Of a DNA stretch of 64,000 nucleotides, positions 1 to 12,884 are shown one piece after another. A program made the position numbers and the translations under genes. The DNA comes from Pecten maximus (taxonomy: Eukaryota): the NCBI RefSeq assembly GCF_902652985.1, contig NC_047016.1:2480001-2544000 (forward strand), written 5' to 3'. Numbering within the stretch: the stretch's first letter is position 1; each line of letters starts with the position of its first letter. The notes under the pieces were generated by a model, which was not told the DNA's origin, searched no databases, and worked only from the letters and a program-made list of their open reading frames with translations.

Positions 1-262
1 AATACAATGTTCTGTAGAAACAGCCTTGGTGGAACATTCAACATCACTGTCAACTTCCACGAGGATGGTTGTTTACGACAGCGACAGTGGATAAACTTGT
101 GCAGTGAGACCTCCATAATCGCGCCAAGTGACGTCACAACAGCGTCACATCAAAAACTGGTCAAACTTGATTATTTTCTTCGTAGTTTCAAATCACTAGG
201 GACAATTCATCGATTAAAATTAAGTGGGAAAAAAAGAAAGTTTGTTTGAGGGACTGTATTTA

Positions 263-918
263 ACTAGAACTGTCGCCAAAATGGCTGACTAATACCCCCG
301 CAATCTGCACGAGTCAATGGTGAATTGGAATTGTTAATTAGAGGCTAACTAAGATAACCCAGTGATATAGTGACCAGTTGCCATAGCAACCATAATTCAG
401 AGAAAAAGAAAGTGAGATGCACATCTACACATGGTTCTCTATATTTGTGTGAAGTTTCATTGAAATCGGCCCTTCGGTTTAGGAGAAGTTGTCCGGACAA
501 ACTTAAAGTTATGGTTCTTATCGGAAAACCTGTTTATAGTGACCAGTTGCTATAGCAATCATAATTTTGAGAAAAAAGAAATTGGCATGCACATCTACAC
601 ATGGTCCTCTATATTTGTGTGAAGTTTCATTGAAATCGGCCCTTCGGTTTAGGAGGAGTTGTCCGGACAAACTTAAAGTTAGGGTTCTTATCAGAAAAAA
701 ACCTGTTTATAGTGACCAGTTGCCATAGCAACCATAATTTTGAGAAAAAAGAAAGTGGCATGCACATCTACACATGGTCCTCTATATTTGTGTGAAGTTT
801 CATTGGAATCGGCCCATCAGTTTAGGAGGAGTTGTGACGTCTACAGACAGACGGACAGACGGACGGACGGACAACCTGATTCCAGTATACCCCCCTAGCT
901 TCGTTGCGGGGGTATAAT
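263..918 (+). mobile_element. Non-autonomous Helentron-associated element (HINE/DINE-1/pearl-like) with internal ~170 bp tandem repeats
   Basis: Subterminal inverted repeat TAATACCCCCGC (~290) / GCGGGGGTATAA (~906). About 2.7 tandem copies of a ~170 bp core (starting ~368, ~537, ~710), a (GACA/GACG)n microsatellite at 845-872 and a short 3' palindrome ATACCCCC...GGGGGTAT, set in T/A-rich flanks. Confidence 0.85.
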
Positions 919-1236
919 AAAATTAATTAATTTCAAGAGTCAACTGTGTAGGACTGTTTCTTCTCTCGCCGGTATAAATGACCTACTTCGAGTGATTTGG
1001 TGATTTGGTTGCAACATTGAAATCAGTTGGTGATGTGACGACAAAGAGAAGCTCAGTTTTTTATGGGGAACGATGAAAAAAAGTCAAATCATAAAAATAA
1101 TCCGTCATTCATTTCCCTTCATATTAGATGTATGATACTCGTTTATATTCAAAAGTCGTATCATAAATCTAATGTGTAGGGAAACTAATGACAAATCCAA
1201 TATATATTGTAATAGTGCATACTATGTTATACATAC

Positions 1237-1674
1237 CTCTCGGCATTACTGTGGTCGTACTTGTAGACAAGGGAGTAGTTGTCGGTGTTGTTGTTGTGGT
1301 TGGTGTTGTTGTCGTTGTCGGTGTCGTTGTTGTTGTTGTCGTCGGAGTGGTCGTTGTTGTCGTAGTTGGAGTGGTCGTTGTTGTTGTCGTCGGAGTGGTC
1401 GTTGTTGTCGTCGGAGTGGTCGTTGTTGTCGTCGGAGTGGTCGTTGTTGTCGTAGTTGGAGTGGTCGTTGTTGTCGTCGGTGGAGTGGTCGTTGTTGTCG
1501 TCGGAGTGGTCGTTGTTGTTGTCGTCGGAGTTGTCGTCGTTGTCGTAGTTGGAGTGGTCGTTGTTGTCGTAGTTGGAGTTGTCGTTGTTGTTGTCGTCGG
1601 AGTTGTCGTTGTTGTCGTTGGTGTTGTTGTCGTTGGTTTTGCAGTTGGCGCAACCGTCACTACTCCTGGGTGGC
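1237..1674 (-). CDS. Thr/Pro-rich mucin-like exon (PT6-7 repeats) of the Ly6/uPAR-like gene; phase 1-1
   Basis: Acceptor ctccAG|GC at 1675-1676 and donor AGAG|GTATGT at 1236. Open frame GHPGVVTVAPTAKP(T)n...VMPR, with third-position variation in the Thr codons. Phase matches the upstream exon 6513-6700. Confidence 0.85.
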
Positions 1675-1904
1675 CTGGAGTCAAATTTTGAGAGAGTCAG
1701 AACAAAAGTATGTATCATCAATAAACACAAAAAAAGATTAAATTGTAGGAGACATTTTACCAATGCCTTAATGAATACAAGAAATACCATCTATATAGAG
1801 AAGTAATAGTTGTTTTGGCTCTGAACTAACCTCAAGAAACTGTATCGGAGAGATTTCTATCTTTCTATCTCCAAAACGCTATGTTGTTGACTTACCTCCA
1901 AACA

Positions 1905-4900
1905 GTTGACTGATCCTTACCTCCAAACACTATATCGGGGACGTTGACTGTTACTTACCCCCAAACACTATATAGGGGACGTTGGACTGATCCTTACCCC
2001 CAAACACTATATCGGGGATGTTGACTGTTCCTTACCTCCAAACACTATATCGGGGACGTTGACTGTTCCTTACCTCCAAACACTATATCGGGGATGTTGA
2101 CTGGTCCTTACCTCCAAACACTATATCGGGGACGTTGACTGTTACTTACCTCCAAACACTATATCGGGGACGTTGACTGTTACTTACCTCCAAACACTAT
2201 ATCGGGAGACGTTGACTGTTCCTTACCTCCAAACACTATATCGGGGATGTTGACTGGTCCTTACCTCCAAACACTATATCGGGGATGTTGACTGTTCCTT
2301 ACCTCCAAACACTATATCGGGGACGTTGACTGTTCCTTACCTCCAAACACTATATCGGGGATGTTGACTGTTCCTTACCTCCAAACACTATATCGGGGAC
2401 GTTGACTGTTACTTACCTCCAAACACTATATCGGGACGTTGACTGTTCCTTACCTCCAAACACTATATCGGGGACGTTGACTGTTCCTTACCTCCAAACA
2501 CTATATCGGGGACGTTGACTGTTACTTACCTCCAAACACTATATCGGGGATGTTGACTGTTACTTACCTCCAAACACTATATCGGGGATGTTGACTGTTA
2601 CTTACCTCCAAACACTATATCGGGGACGTTGACTGTTCCTTACCTCCAAACACTATATCGGGGATGTTGACTGGTACTTACCTCCAAACACTATATCGGG
2701 GACGTTGACTGTTCCTTACCTCCAAACACTATATCGGGGACGTTGACTGTTCCTTACCTCCAAACACTATATCGGGGATGTTACTGTTACTTACCTCCAA
2801 ACACTATATCGGGGATGTTGACTGTTCCTTACCTCCAAACACTATATCGGGGACGTTGACTGTTCCTTACCTCCAAACACTATATCGGGGACGTTCACTG
2901 TTCCTTACCTCCAAACACTATATCGGGGACGTTGACTGTTCCTTACCTCCAAACACTATATCGGGGACGTTGACTGGTCCTTACCCCCAAACACTATATC
3001 GGGGATGTTGACTGTTACTTACCTCCAAACACTATATCGGGGACGTTGACTGTTCCTTACCTCCAAACACTATATCGGGGATGTTGACTGTTCCTTACCT
3101 CCAAACACTATATCGGGGACGTTGACTGTTCCTTACCCCCCAAACACTATATCGGGGATGTTGACTGTTCCTTACCTCCAAACACTATATCGGGGATGTT
3201 GACTGTTCCTTACCTCCAAACACTATATCGGGGATGTTGACTGTTCCTTACCTCCAAACACTATATCGGGGACGTTGACTGTTCCTTACCTCCAAACACT
3301 ATATCGGGGATGTTGACTGTTCCTTACCTCCAAACACTATATCGGGGACGTTGACTGTTACTTACCTCCAAACACTATATCGGGGACGTTGACTGTTCCT
3401 TACCTCCAAACACTATATCGGGGACGTTGACTGTTCCTTACCTCCAAACACTATATCGGGGACGTTGACTGTTCCTTACCTCCAAACACTATATCGGGGA
3501 CGTTGACTGTTCCTTACCTCCAAACACTATATCGGGGACGTTGACTGTTCCTTACCTCCAAACACTATATCGGGGACGTTGACTGTTCCTTACCTCCAAA
3601 CACTATATCGGGGACGTTGACTGTTCCTTACCTCCAAACACTATATCGGGGACGTTGACTGTTCCTTACCTCCAAACACTATATCGGGGACGTTGACTGT
3701 TCCTTACCTCCAAACACTATATCGGGGACGTTGACTGTTCCTTACCTCCAAACACTATATCGGGGACGTTGACTGTTCCTTACCTCCAAACACTATATCG
3801 GGGACGTTGACTGTTCCTTACCTCCAAACACTATATCGGGGACGTTGACTGTTCCTTACCTCCAAACACTATATCGGGGACGTTGACTGTTCCTTACCTC
3901 CAAACACTATATCGGGGACGTTGACTGTTCCTTACCTCCAAACACTATATCGGGGACGTTGACTGTTCCTTACCTCCAAACACTATATCGGGGACGTTGA
4001 CTGTTCCTTACCTCCAAACACTATATCGGGGACGTTGACTGTTCCTTACCTCCAAACACTATATCGGGGACGTTGACTGTTCCTTACCTCCAAACACTAT
4101 ATCGGGGACGTTGACTGTTCCTTACCTCCAAACACTATATCGGGGACGTTGACTGTTCCTTACCTCCAAACACTATATCGGGGACGTTGACTGTTCCTTA
4201 CCTCCAAACACTATATCGGGGACGTTGACTGTTCCTTACCTCCAAACACTATATCGGGGACGTTGACTGTTCCTTACCTCCAAACACTATATCGGGGATG
4301 TTGACTGTTCCTTACCTCCAAACACTATATCGGGGACGTTGACTGTTCCTTACCTCCAAACACTATATCGGGGATGTTGACTGTTCCTTACCTCCAAACA
4401 CTATATCGGGGACGTTGACTGTTCCTTACCTCCAAACACTATATCGGGGGGGACTGTCTCTCCAACACTATATCGGGGACGTTGACTGTTCCTTACCTCC
4501 AAACACTATATCGGGGACTGTTGACTGTTCCTTACCTCCAAACACTATATCGGGGACGTTGACTGTTCCTTACCTCCAAACACTATATCGGGGACGTTGA
4601 CTGTTCCTTACCTCCAAACACTATATCGGGGACGTTGACTGTTCCTTACCTCCAAACACTATATCGGGGACGTTGACTGTTCCTTACCTCCAAACACTAT
4701 ATCGGGGACGTTGACTGTTCCTTACCTCCAAACACTATATCGGGGATGTTGACTGTTCCTTACCTCCAAACACTATATCGGGGACGTTGACTGTTCCTTA
4801 CCTCCAAACACTATATCGGGGACGTTGACTGTTCCTTACCTCCAAACACTATATCGGGGACTGTTGACTGTTCCTTACCTCCAAACACTATATCGGGGAT

Positions 4901-6540
4901 GTTGACTGTTCCTTACCTCCAAACACTATATCGGGGACGTTGACTGTTCCTTACCTCCAAACACTATATCGGGGATGTTGACTGTTCCTTACCTCCAAAC
5001 ACTATATCGGGGATGTTGACTGTTCCTTACCTCCAAACACTATATCGGGGACGTTGACTGGTCCTTACCTCCAAACACTATATCGGGGATGTTGACTGGT
5101 CCTTACCTCCAAACACTATATCGGGGATGTTGACTGTTCCTTACCTCCAAACACTATATCGGGGATGTTGACTGTTCCTTACCTCCAAACACTATATCGG
5201 GGACGTTGACTGTTCCTTACCTCCAAACACTATATCGGGGACGTTGACTGTTCCTTACCTCCAAACACTATATCGGGGACGTTGACCAGTCCTTACCTCC
5301 AAACACTATATCGGGGACGTTGACTGTTCCTTACCTCCAAACACTATATCGGGGACGTTGACTGGTCCTTACCTCCAAACACTATATCGGGGACGTTGAC
5401 TGTTCCTTACCTCCAAACACTATATCGGGGACGTTGACTGTTCCTTACCTCCAAACACTATATCGGGGATGTTGACTGTTCCTTACCTCCAAACACTATA
5501 TCGGGGACGTTGACTGTTCCTTACCTCCAAACACTATATCGGGGACGTTGACTGTTCCTTACCTCCAAACACTATATCGGGGACGTTGACTGTTCCTTAC
5601 CTCCAAAACACTATATCGGGGATGTTGACTGTTACTTACCTCCAAACACTATATCGGGGACGTTGACTGTTCCTTACCTCCAAACACTATATCGGGGATG
5701 TTGACTGGTCCTTACCTCCAAACACTATATCGGGGATGTTGACTGTTCCTTACCTCCAAACACTATATCGGGGACGTTGACTGTTCCTTACCTCCAAACA
5801 CTATATCGGGGACGTTGACTGTTCCTTACCTCCAAACACTATATCGGGGACGTTGACTGTTCCTTACCTCCAAACACTATATCGGGGACGTTGACTGTCC
5901 TTACCTCCAAACACTATATCGGGGACGTTGACTGTTCCTTACCTCCAAACACTATATCGGGGATGTTGACTGTTACTTACCTCCAAACACTATATCGGGG
6001 ACGTTGACTGTTCCTTACCTCCAAACACTATATCGGGGACGTTGACTGTTCCTTACCTCCAAACACTATATCGGGGATGTTGACTGTTCCTTACCTCCAA
6101 ACACTATATCGGGGACGTTGACTGTTCCTTACCTCCAAACACTATATCGGGGACGTTGACCGGTCCTTACCTCCAAACACTATATCGGGGACGTTGACTG
6201 TTCCTTACCTCCAAACACTATATCGGGGATGTTGACTGGTCCTTACCTCCAAACACTATATCGGGGACGTTGACTGTTACTTACCTCCAAACACTATATC
6301 GGGGATGTTGACTGTTCCTTACCTCCAAACACTATATCGGGGATGTTGACTGGTCCTTACCTCCAAACACTATATCGGGGATGTTGACTGTTCCTTACCT
6401 CCAAACACTATATCGGGGACGTTGACTGTTCCTTACCTCCAAACACTATATCGGGGACGTTGACTGTTCCTTACCTCCAAACACTATATCGGGGATGTTG
6501 ACTGTTCCTTACCTCCAAACACTATATCGGGGACGTTGAC
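1905..6540. repeat. 38 bp minisatellite, ~120 copies; the unit is the last 27 nt of exon 6513-6700 plus the donor and first 11 intron nt
   Basis: Unit GTTGACTGTTCCTTACCTCCAAACACTATATCGGGGAC; the last copy runs directly into the coding exon. Confidence 0.97.
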
Positions 6541-6700
6541 CGGAAAGTTCTCGTTACAGAGTTGCTGTTCTGGTCTACAGTTCCAGGAAATACAACAGTC
6601 GTAACAGACAGTCCCGGCCGGAGGGTGGGCGTTCCGACAAACTGGGTTACTGACACTGCTGAGGGCGATATTGGCGCGACACTCTGCTTCACTGGCATAC
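6513..6700 (-). CDS. Exon encoding the C-terminal half of a Cys-rich Ly6/uPAR (three-finger)-like domain; phase 2-1
   Basis: tcactatcAG|G...GGAG|GTAAGG. Translates YASEAECRANIALSSVSNPVCRNAHPPAGTVCYDCCISWNCRPEQQLCNENFPVNVPDIVFG, with a CxxCC...CN terminal motif. Confidence 0.8.
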
Positions 6701-7134
6701 CTGATAGTGACATCGTGTCAGCCAATCAACGGACGGAAATAAATAGATCATGTTGTATATACAGACTGTATACTAATTATGAAACTCGTTATATTCTATA
6801 CACACAATGGAAGCTTACACTCTCGTACTTCGTTTCATAAGCAAACACACAGCATTATTGTGTACTTTGTCATGACTCCTAAATCACAATGATCAATCAC
6901 GTTTTGTTTGATGCTGCCTTATATCGGGGACATGATATAAAGAATACTTTCGTACTGATGGTCAACTGTATGTACAATGTAGGTATATTTTCTCCAATGA
7001 TTCAAATGATCATGTAGCAATCCCCAATCGGGTATACTTTATCCCTCTGTTATCTGCTGGAGTGTATAACTCAATTACTTTGAAAATGTCAGACAGTGAT
7101 TTCCAAATCAGATACAATCTTTTGGTGAACTTAC

Positions 7135-7267
7135 CCTTTCTGAACAGTGACCTGCCCGCCCGCCCGGTAGGTGGACTTCCTAAAGCAGAACGGATGTCTA
7201 ACTGAGTATTCGCTGTTTCCACAGACTTGGTCGACTCTGTTCGCCTCACATAATCCACACAAACTAA
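7135..7267 (-). CDS. Exon encoding the N-terminal half of the Ly6/uPAR-like domain; phase 1-2
   Basis: tttttctttgcAG|TT...AAAGG|GTAAGT. Translates SLCGLCEANRVDQVCGNSEYSVRHPFCFRKSTYRAGGQVTVQKG and joins 6513-6700 in frame. Confidence 0.85.
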
Positions 7268-7489
7268 CTGCAAAGAAAAACGAGATATTTTATCTAAGAT
7301 CAAAGGAAAAAGATTGGGATCAATTAAAAAGAGCTTAGCTACATACAAATGCTCTCAAGAACAGTGAAACATAACTAATGAAGATTATTTTGGAAAAGTT
7401 GGGGAATAGGAAAAACTAACATCTTTCCTGATTACACAAAGCTAGGGATACTATTGTATCCTTCGACCAATTAAAAACAAGGAAACCCG

Positions 7490-8630
7490 GAACCATCATA
7501 CAAGGTTACCTGTTTCAATAATACCGTATTAATATAAACAAGGGGACCCACTACCATCATACAAGGTAACCTGTTACAATAATACCGTATTTATATAAAC
7601 AAGGGGACCCACTACTATCATACAAGGTTACCTGTGACAATAATACCGTATTTAAATAAACAAGGGGACCCACTACTATCATACAATGTAACCTGTTACA
7701 ATAATACCGTATTTATATAAACAAGGGAACCCACTACCATCATACACGGTAACCTGTAACAATAATACCGTATTTATATAAACAAGGGAACCCACTACCA
7801 TCATACAAGGTAACCTGTTACAATAATACCGTATTTATATAAACAAGGGAACCCACTACCATCATACAAGGTAACCTGTTACAATAATACCGTATTTATA
7901 TAAACAAGGGAACCCACTACCATCATACAAGGTAACCTGTAACAATAATACCGTATTTATATAAACAAGGGAACCCACTACCATCATACACGGTAACCTG
8001 TTACAATAATACCGTATTTATATAAACAAGGGGACCCACTACTATCATACAAGGTAATCTGTTACAATAATACCGTATTTATATAAACAAGGGGACCCAC
8101 TACCATCATACACGGTAACCTGTTACTATAATACCGTATTTATATAAACAAGGGAACCCACTGCCATCATACAAGGTAACCTGTAACAATAATACCGTAT
8201 TTATATAAACAAGGGGACCCACTACCATCATACAAGGTAACCTGTTACAATAATACCGTATTTATATAAACAAGGGAACCCACTACCATCATACAAGGTA
8301 ACCTGTAACAATAATACCGTATTTATACAAACAAGGGAACCCACTACCATCATACACGGTAACCTGTAACAATAATACCGTATTTATATAAACAAGGGGA
8401 CCCACTACTATCATACACTGTAACCTGTAACAATAATACCGTATTTATATAAACAAGGGAACCCACTACCATCATACACGGTAACCTGTAACAATAATAC
8501 CGTATTTATATAAACAAGGGGACCCACTACTATCATACAAGGTAACCTGTTACAATAATACCGTATTTATATAAACAAGGGGACCCATTACCATCACACA
8601 CGGTAACCTGTTACTATAATACCGTATTTA
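7490..8630. repeat. 60 bp minisatellite, ~19 copies
   Basis: Unit AAGGGGACCCACTACCATCATACAAGGTAACCTGTTACAATAATACCGTATTTATATAAAC. Confidence 0.95.
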
Positions 8631-8664
8631 TTCAAACGCCTTGGCAGGTGGACCTGATACTTAC

Positions 8665-8700
8665 ATTTGGGCTGTGGGCAGGACTGCCTGGAATATTTTA
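8665..8700 (-). CDS. 36 nt exon (KYSRQSCPQPK) of the Ly6/uPAR-like gene; phase 1-1
   Basis: Strong acceptor ttttattttttcAG and donor |GTAAGT; in frame with exon 7135-7267. Confidence 0.65.
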
Positions 8701-9137
8701 CTGAAAAAATAAAATGTAAGTAAGACTTTAAAAAATGTTTTCCCGCAAAACGCCAATACAGGAAACATATATTGTTGGGATAATTTTGTACTATATCTAA
8801 CCTGTACATTTTATAAACAATTGATCGTAGGATGACTAAGTGAGATTTATTATTACGCTTAAAGTCCATCTGTGTATAAGGGTATGTAAGCGTACTATAT
8901 TGCTGCTTCATCATTAGGAACCAAACAAGTGGTTTTGTCTCAGGCCACAATGACATTCATGAAGATATCTGGATCAAATCTGTCTGACATTCGAGTGGTG
9001 AGGAACTGAGCCAGTTCTTACTCTCTGATCTCACTAGAACTTATGTCTTGGATTTGGTTTGGTATAATTTTTTCAATTTCATTTACAGATAGGACAGTAA
9101 GTTTTGGAATCTGGATGGTAATATCTCGAACCTTCAG

Positions 9138-9748
9138 TACAACATGTTACACAATGAACACACTCAGACCCCATACAACATGTTACACAATGAACACACT
9201 CAGACCCCATACAACATGTTACACAATGAACACACTCAGAGACCCCATACAACATGTTACACAATGAACACACTCAGAGACCCCATACAACATGTTACAC
9301 AATGAACACACTCAGAGACCCCATACAACATGTTACACAATGAACACACTCAGAGACCCCATACAACATGTTACACAATGAACACACTCAGAGACCCCAT
9401 ACAACATGTTACACAATGAACACACTCAGAGACCCCATACAACATGTTACACAATGAACACACTCAGAGACCCCATACAACATGTTACACAATGAACACA
9501 CTCAGAGACCCCATACAACATGTTACACAATGAACACACTCAGAGACCCCATACAACATGTTACACAATGAACACACTCAGAGACCCCATACAACATGTT
9601 ACACAATGAACACACTCAGAGATCCCATACAACATGTTACACAATGAACACACTCAGAGACCCCATACAACATGTTACACAATGAACACACTCAGAGACC
9701 CCATACAACATGTTACACAATGAACACACTCAGAGATCCCATACAACA
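9138..9748. repeat. 36-38 bp minisatellite, ~16 copies
   Basis: Unit CCCATACAACATGTTACACAATGAACACACTCAGAGAC. Confidence 0.95.
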
Positions 9749-9879
9749 CAAACACGCCACGCAAGGAAGCACCTCACTGAGCACGTCAGCACGAAACGTA
9801 TTTGTTGGATCTTGGTCAAACATCGATGACCATGGTTGAAGACCATTGGTCAGTTCCGAATTCCACAGTAAATCCTTAA

Positions 9880-11340
9880 AGTGAAATAAAGAGGATTTCA
9901 TCGGTATGAGAGGAGAAGTCAGATGACTAGACAGGAATATTGCCGGGAAACATATCAGAAATGTACTGCAAATTTACCGATTTCGTCACAAATCAATATA
10001 TCCCAAAACACAAACCTAATGACCATCACGGAAACAAAAAGGATAACATGTCACTAAAAGAGTCGATTCTGAAGAAAATTAACAAAAAACACAGAGCATG
10101 GCAGCGCTACATGGAAACTAAAACTGAAAAGAAAAAAAATATGTAATATGCGAAAATGAGAAATCAGCTGAAATGGGAAGTCAGAAAATCAAAAAGAGAA
10201 CATGAGAAAAAAACTGCTGAGGACATTAAAAAACAACCTTAGAAATTTTAGAAACATGTTAATCCCTATTAAAACTAGAATAGCGGAAATCAAGGCTCAA
10301 GATCAGAGCTAGAAAATACAGACCAGTCAGTTTAACCAACATAGTTAGAAAGACAATAGAAAAACTAGTAAGGGATAGTATAGTGAATCACATGAACCAT
10401 TAGGATTTGTCTCCGGGAGATCTACACAATTGCAGCTGCTAATAGTTTTGGAAGAATGGACAGAAATAATTGATTTAGGCGGCCAAATAGATGTTGTATA
10501 CATGGATTTCATGAAAGCGTTTGACAAAGCTCCACATCGTAGACTACTAAAGAAACTCCCAGGATATGGAGTTAATGACGTGGTCACCAACTGGATAAGG
10601 GATTTCCTCAGTAACAGATGTCAAAGAGTTTTATTTAATGGTAAATCATCAAAGACATGCCCTGTAGTAGGCGACATTCCTCAATTAAGCATTCTTGGAC
10701 CATTTTATTTGTAGTTTATATTACTGATTTACCCGAAATCCAAAAATCTAAATTTCCCCTTTTTGCAGATGATACAAAGTTATACCGAAAGATCAGAGAT
10801 AGCAATGATAAAGACACTTTGCAAAACGATTTGATACATTTGAACAATGATCAGCAAAATGGCTACTTAAAGTCCACCCTAACAAATGCAAAGTGCTACT
10901 AGTAGTAGTATCAAATAACTCCAAAGAGAAAAGATTTTATTTCATGTCGGGAACAATGGATGAACAAATAGAACTCGAAAACATAACATTTGAAAAGGAC
11001 ATTGGAGTAACGGTAGATGAAGATTTTAATTTTAGAACCCAGATCCAGTTAGGAGTAAATAAAGCCAATAGTATTCTAGGACTGATTAGAAGAACATTAA
11101 TTTTACATATCAAGATTGAAAAAAAAATCAAACTCTTGTTCAAGGCACTAGTAAGACCCCACCTGGAATATGCCTCGAGTGTTTGGAGTCCTTATGAGAA
11201 GAGGGGTATTGAACTGATAGAGAATGTCCAAAGGAGGGTCACAAAACTCATACCGGGTTTCAAAATCCTGAAAGTTTGCAAAGACTAAAACTGCCAACTC
11301 TGCACTATCCTCATCTCAAGTAGGTGACATTTATCAATCG
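9880..11340 (+). mobile_element. Decayed CR1-like LINE ORF2 (reverse transcriptase) fragment
   Basis: Frameshifted ORFs carrying ENTRPVSLT, DVVYMDFMKAFDKAPHRRL, FADDTKLY, EKDIGV and LVRPHLEYASSVWSP. Confidence 0.92.
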
Positions 11341-11364
11341 TGCCTCACTCTGATATACAGAATA

Positions 11365-11927
11365 TTATTGTTTGGTGAAGGAATGTATTGTTTGGTGAAG
11401 GAATGTATTGTTTGGTGAAGGAATGTATTGATTGGTGAAGGAATGTATTGATTGGTGAAGGAATGTATTGTTTGGTGAAGGAATGTTTTGTTTAGTGAAG
11501 GAATGTATTGTTTGGTGAAGGAATGTTTTGTTTGGTGAAGGAATGTATTGTTTGGTGAAGGAATGTATTGTTTGCTGAAGGAATGTATTGTTTGGTGAAG
11601 GAATGTTTTGTTTGGTGAAGGAATGTATTGTTTGGTGAAGGAATGTTTTGTTTGGTGAAGGAATGTTTGTTTGGTGAAGGAATGTATTGTTTGGTGAAGG
11701 AATGTATTGTTTGGTGAAGGAATGTTTTGTTTGGTGAAGGAATGTATTGTTTGGTGAAGGAATGTATTGTTTGGTGAAGGAATGTATTGTTTGGTGAAGG
11801 AATGTACTGTTTGGTGAAGGAATGTATTGTTTGGTGAAGGAATGTATTGTTTGGTGAAGGAATGTATTGTTTGGTGAAGGAATGTATTGTTTGGTGAAGG
11901 AATGTATTGTTTGGTGAAGGAATGTAT
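11365..11927. repeat. 20 bp minisatellite, ~28 copies
   Basis: Unit GAATGTATTGTTTGGTGAAG. Confidence 0.95.
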
Positions 11928-12884
11928 TCATTCACAGAGCTTATCATATATAAAGCAAAGGAGAAGAAGCATTCTGATCGACCAGGAATCCTCTATAACT
12001 CTGGTATATATGATTAGCTGATACTTTCAACTACTTTGATTTATGTGAAGCAAACACTATTTTGGAGAACACCTCTGTTCTCTTGACCCTCAAGATAACA
12101 CATGTATTTATTCATCCAGACATGCTTACAGTGTGAAACAAAAAGTCAGAATCCTACCAGCTATACATTTTGGACACTGTTACACATTTGTAAAACAAGC
12201 GCCAGCAAAGTCATCACATACATATATATATATACCTACAAACAAACGGACTAATATTATACTCCAAACTCTTAACATCATTTGGAACACAAACGCTGCG
12301 GTTAGGAATCTGTTGCTTCAGACATTGGGAATGTTAAAGCTACAACACAGCAATACAAACAACAAACGTTCGAAAGACACGGAAACTGATAACATCAACA
12401 TCGGTATTCCTTACATAACAGATAAGTAGACCAGAAAATCACAATCGTTTAAATATAAATCCCCACTTCCACACCAACTGAAGAGCATTGCTCCAGGTAT
12501 TCGACTCAACCGAAATAGCAAAAAGCTTAGAGATTTTGTTTAAACAAGAATGGTGTTGATCATGTGAGGCTGTGTTACCAGTCCTAACCATACTAACGAA
12601 GGCAGTGGGACTCTGTACTGAAATATCAAATGGTATAAGATATTTATCCATCCACTCATAATCAGAATTATAGAATAAAAACATTCTAACTATCATTAAC
12701 TTTACTAACCTGTCAGTAGTATAACCATTACACAAACAAAATAAGCTCGAGTTGTCCGCTCCATGTCGATCGGTGGGTAGCGCTATATTGTCATACTCGT
12801 CAGATGGTTCCATCCGTTATCTACAGCCCAAGTCTTAAAGGCACACGGGACAGAAGGAAAGTACTCGACAAGTTTGATGTAAGA

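Noticed and set aside
7-249. 80 aa ORF, or the next exon of the Ly6-mucin gene
   Set aside because: No recognisable motif, and I found no phase-1 acceptor with an open frame on the minus strand.
1172-1790. Poly-Val, Cys/Arg, Asn/Asp and Gln/Arg ORFs over the mucin exon
   Set aside because: These are alternative frames; only the minus-strand Thr frame has matching splice sites and phase.
1905-6540. CRISPR-like array (regular 30-50 bp repeats here and elsewhere)
   Set aside because: The units are contiguous with no unique spacers, there are no cas genes, and the context is eukaryotic intron.
6522-6725. ORF-track frame MADTMSLSG... as the coding frame
   Set aside because: The Cys-rich frame is the one consistent with the flanking exon phases.
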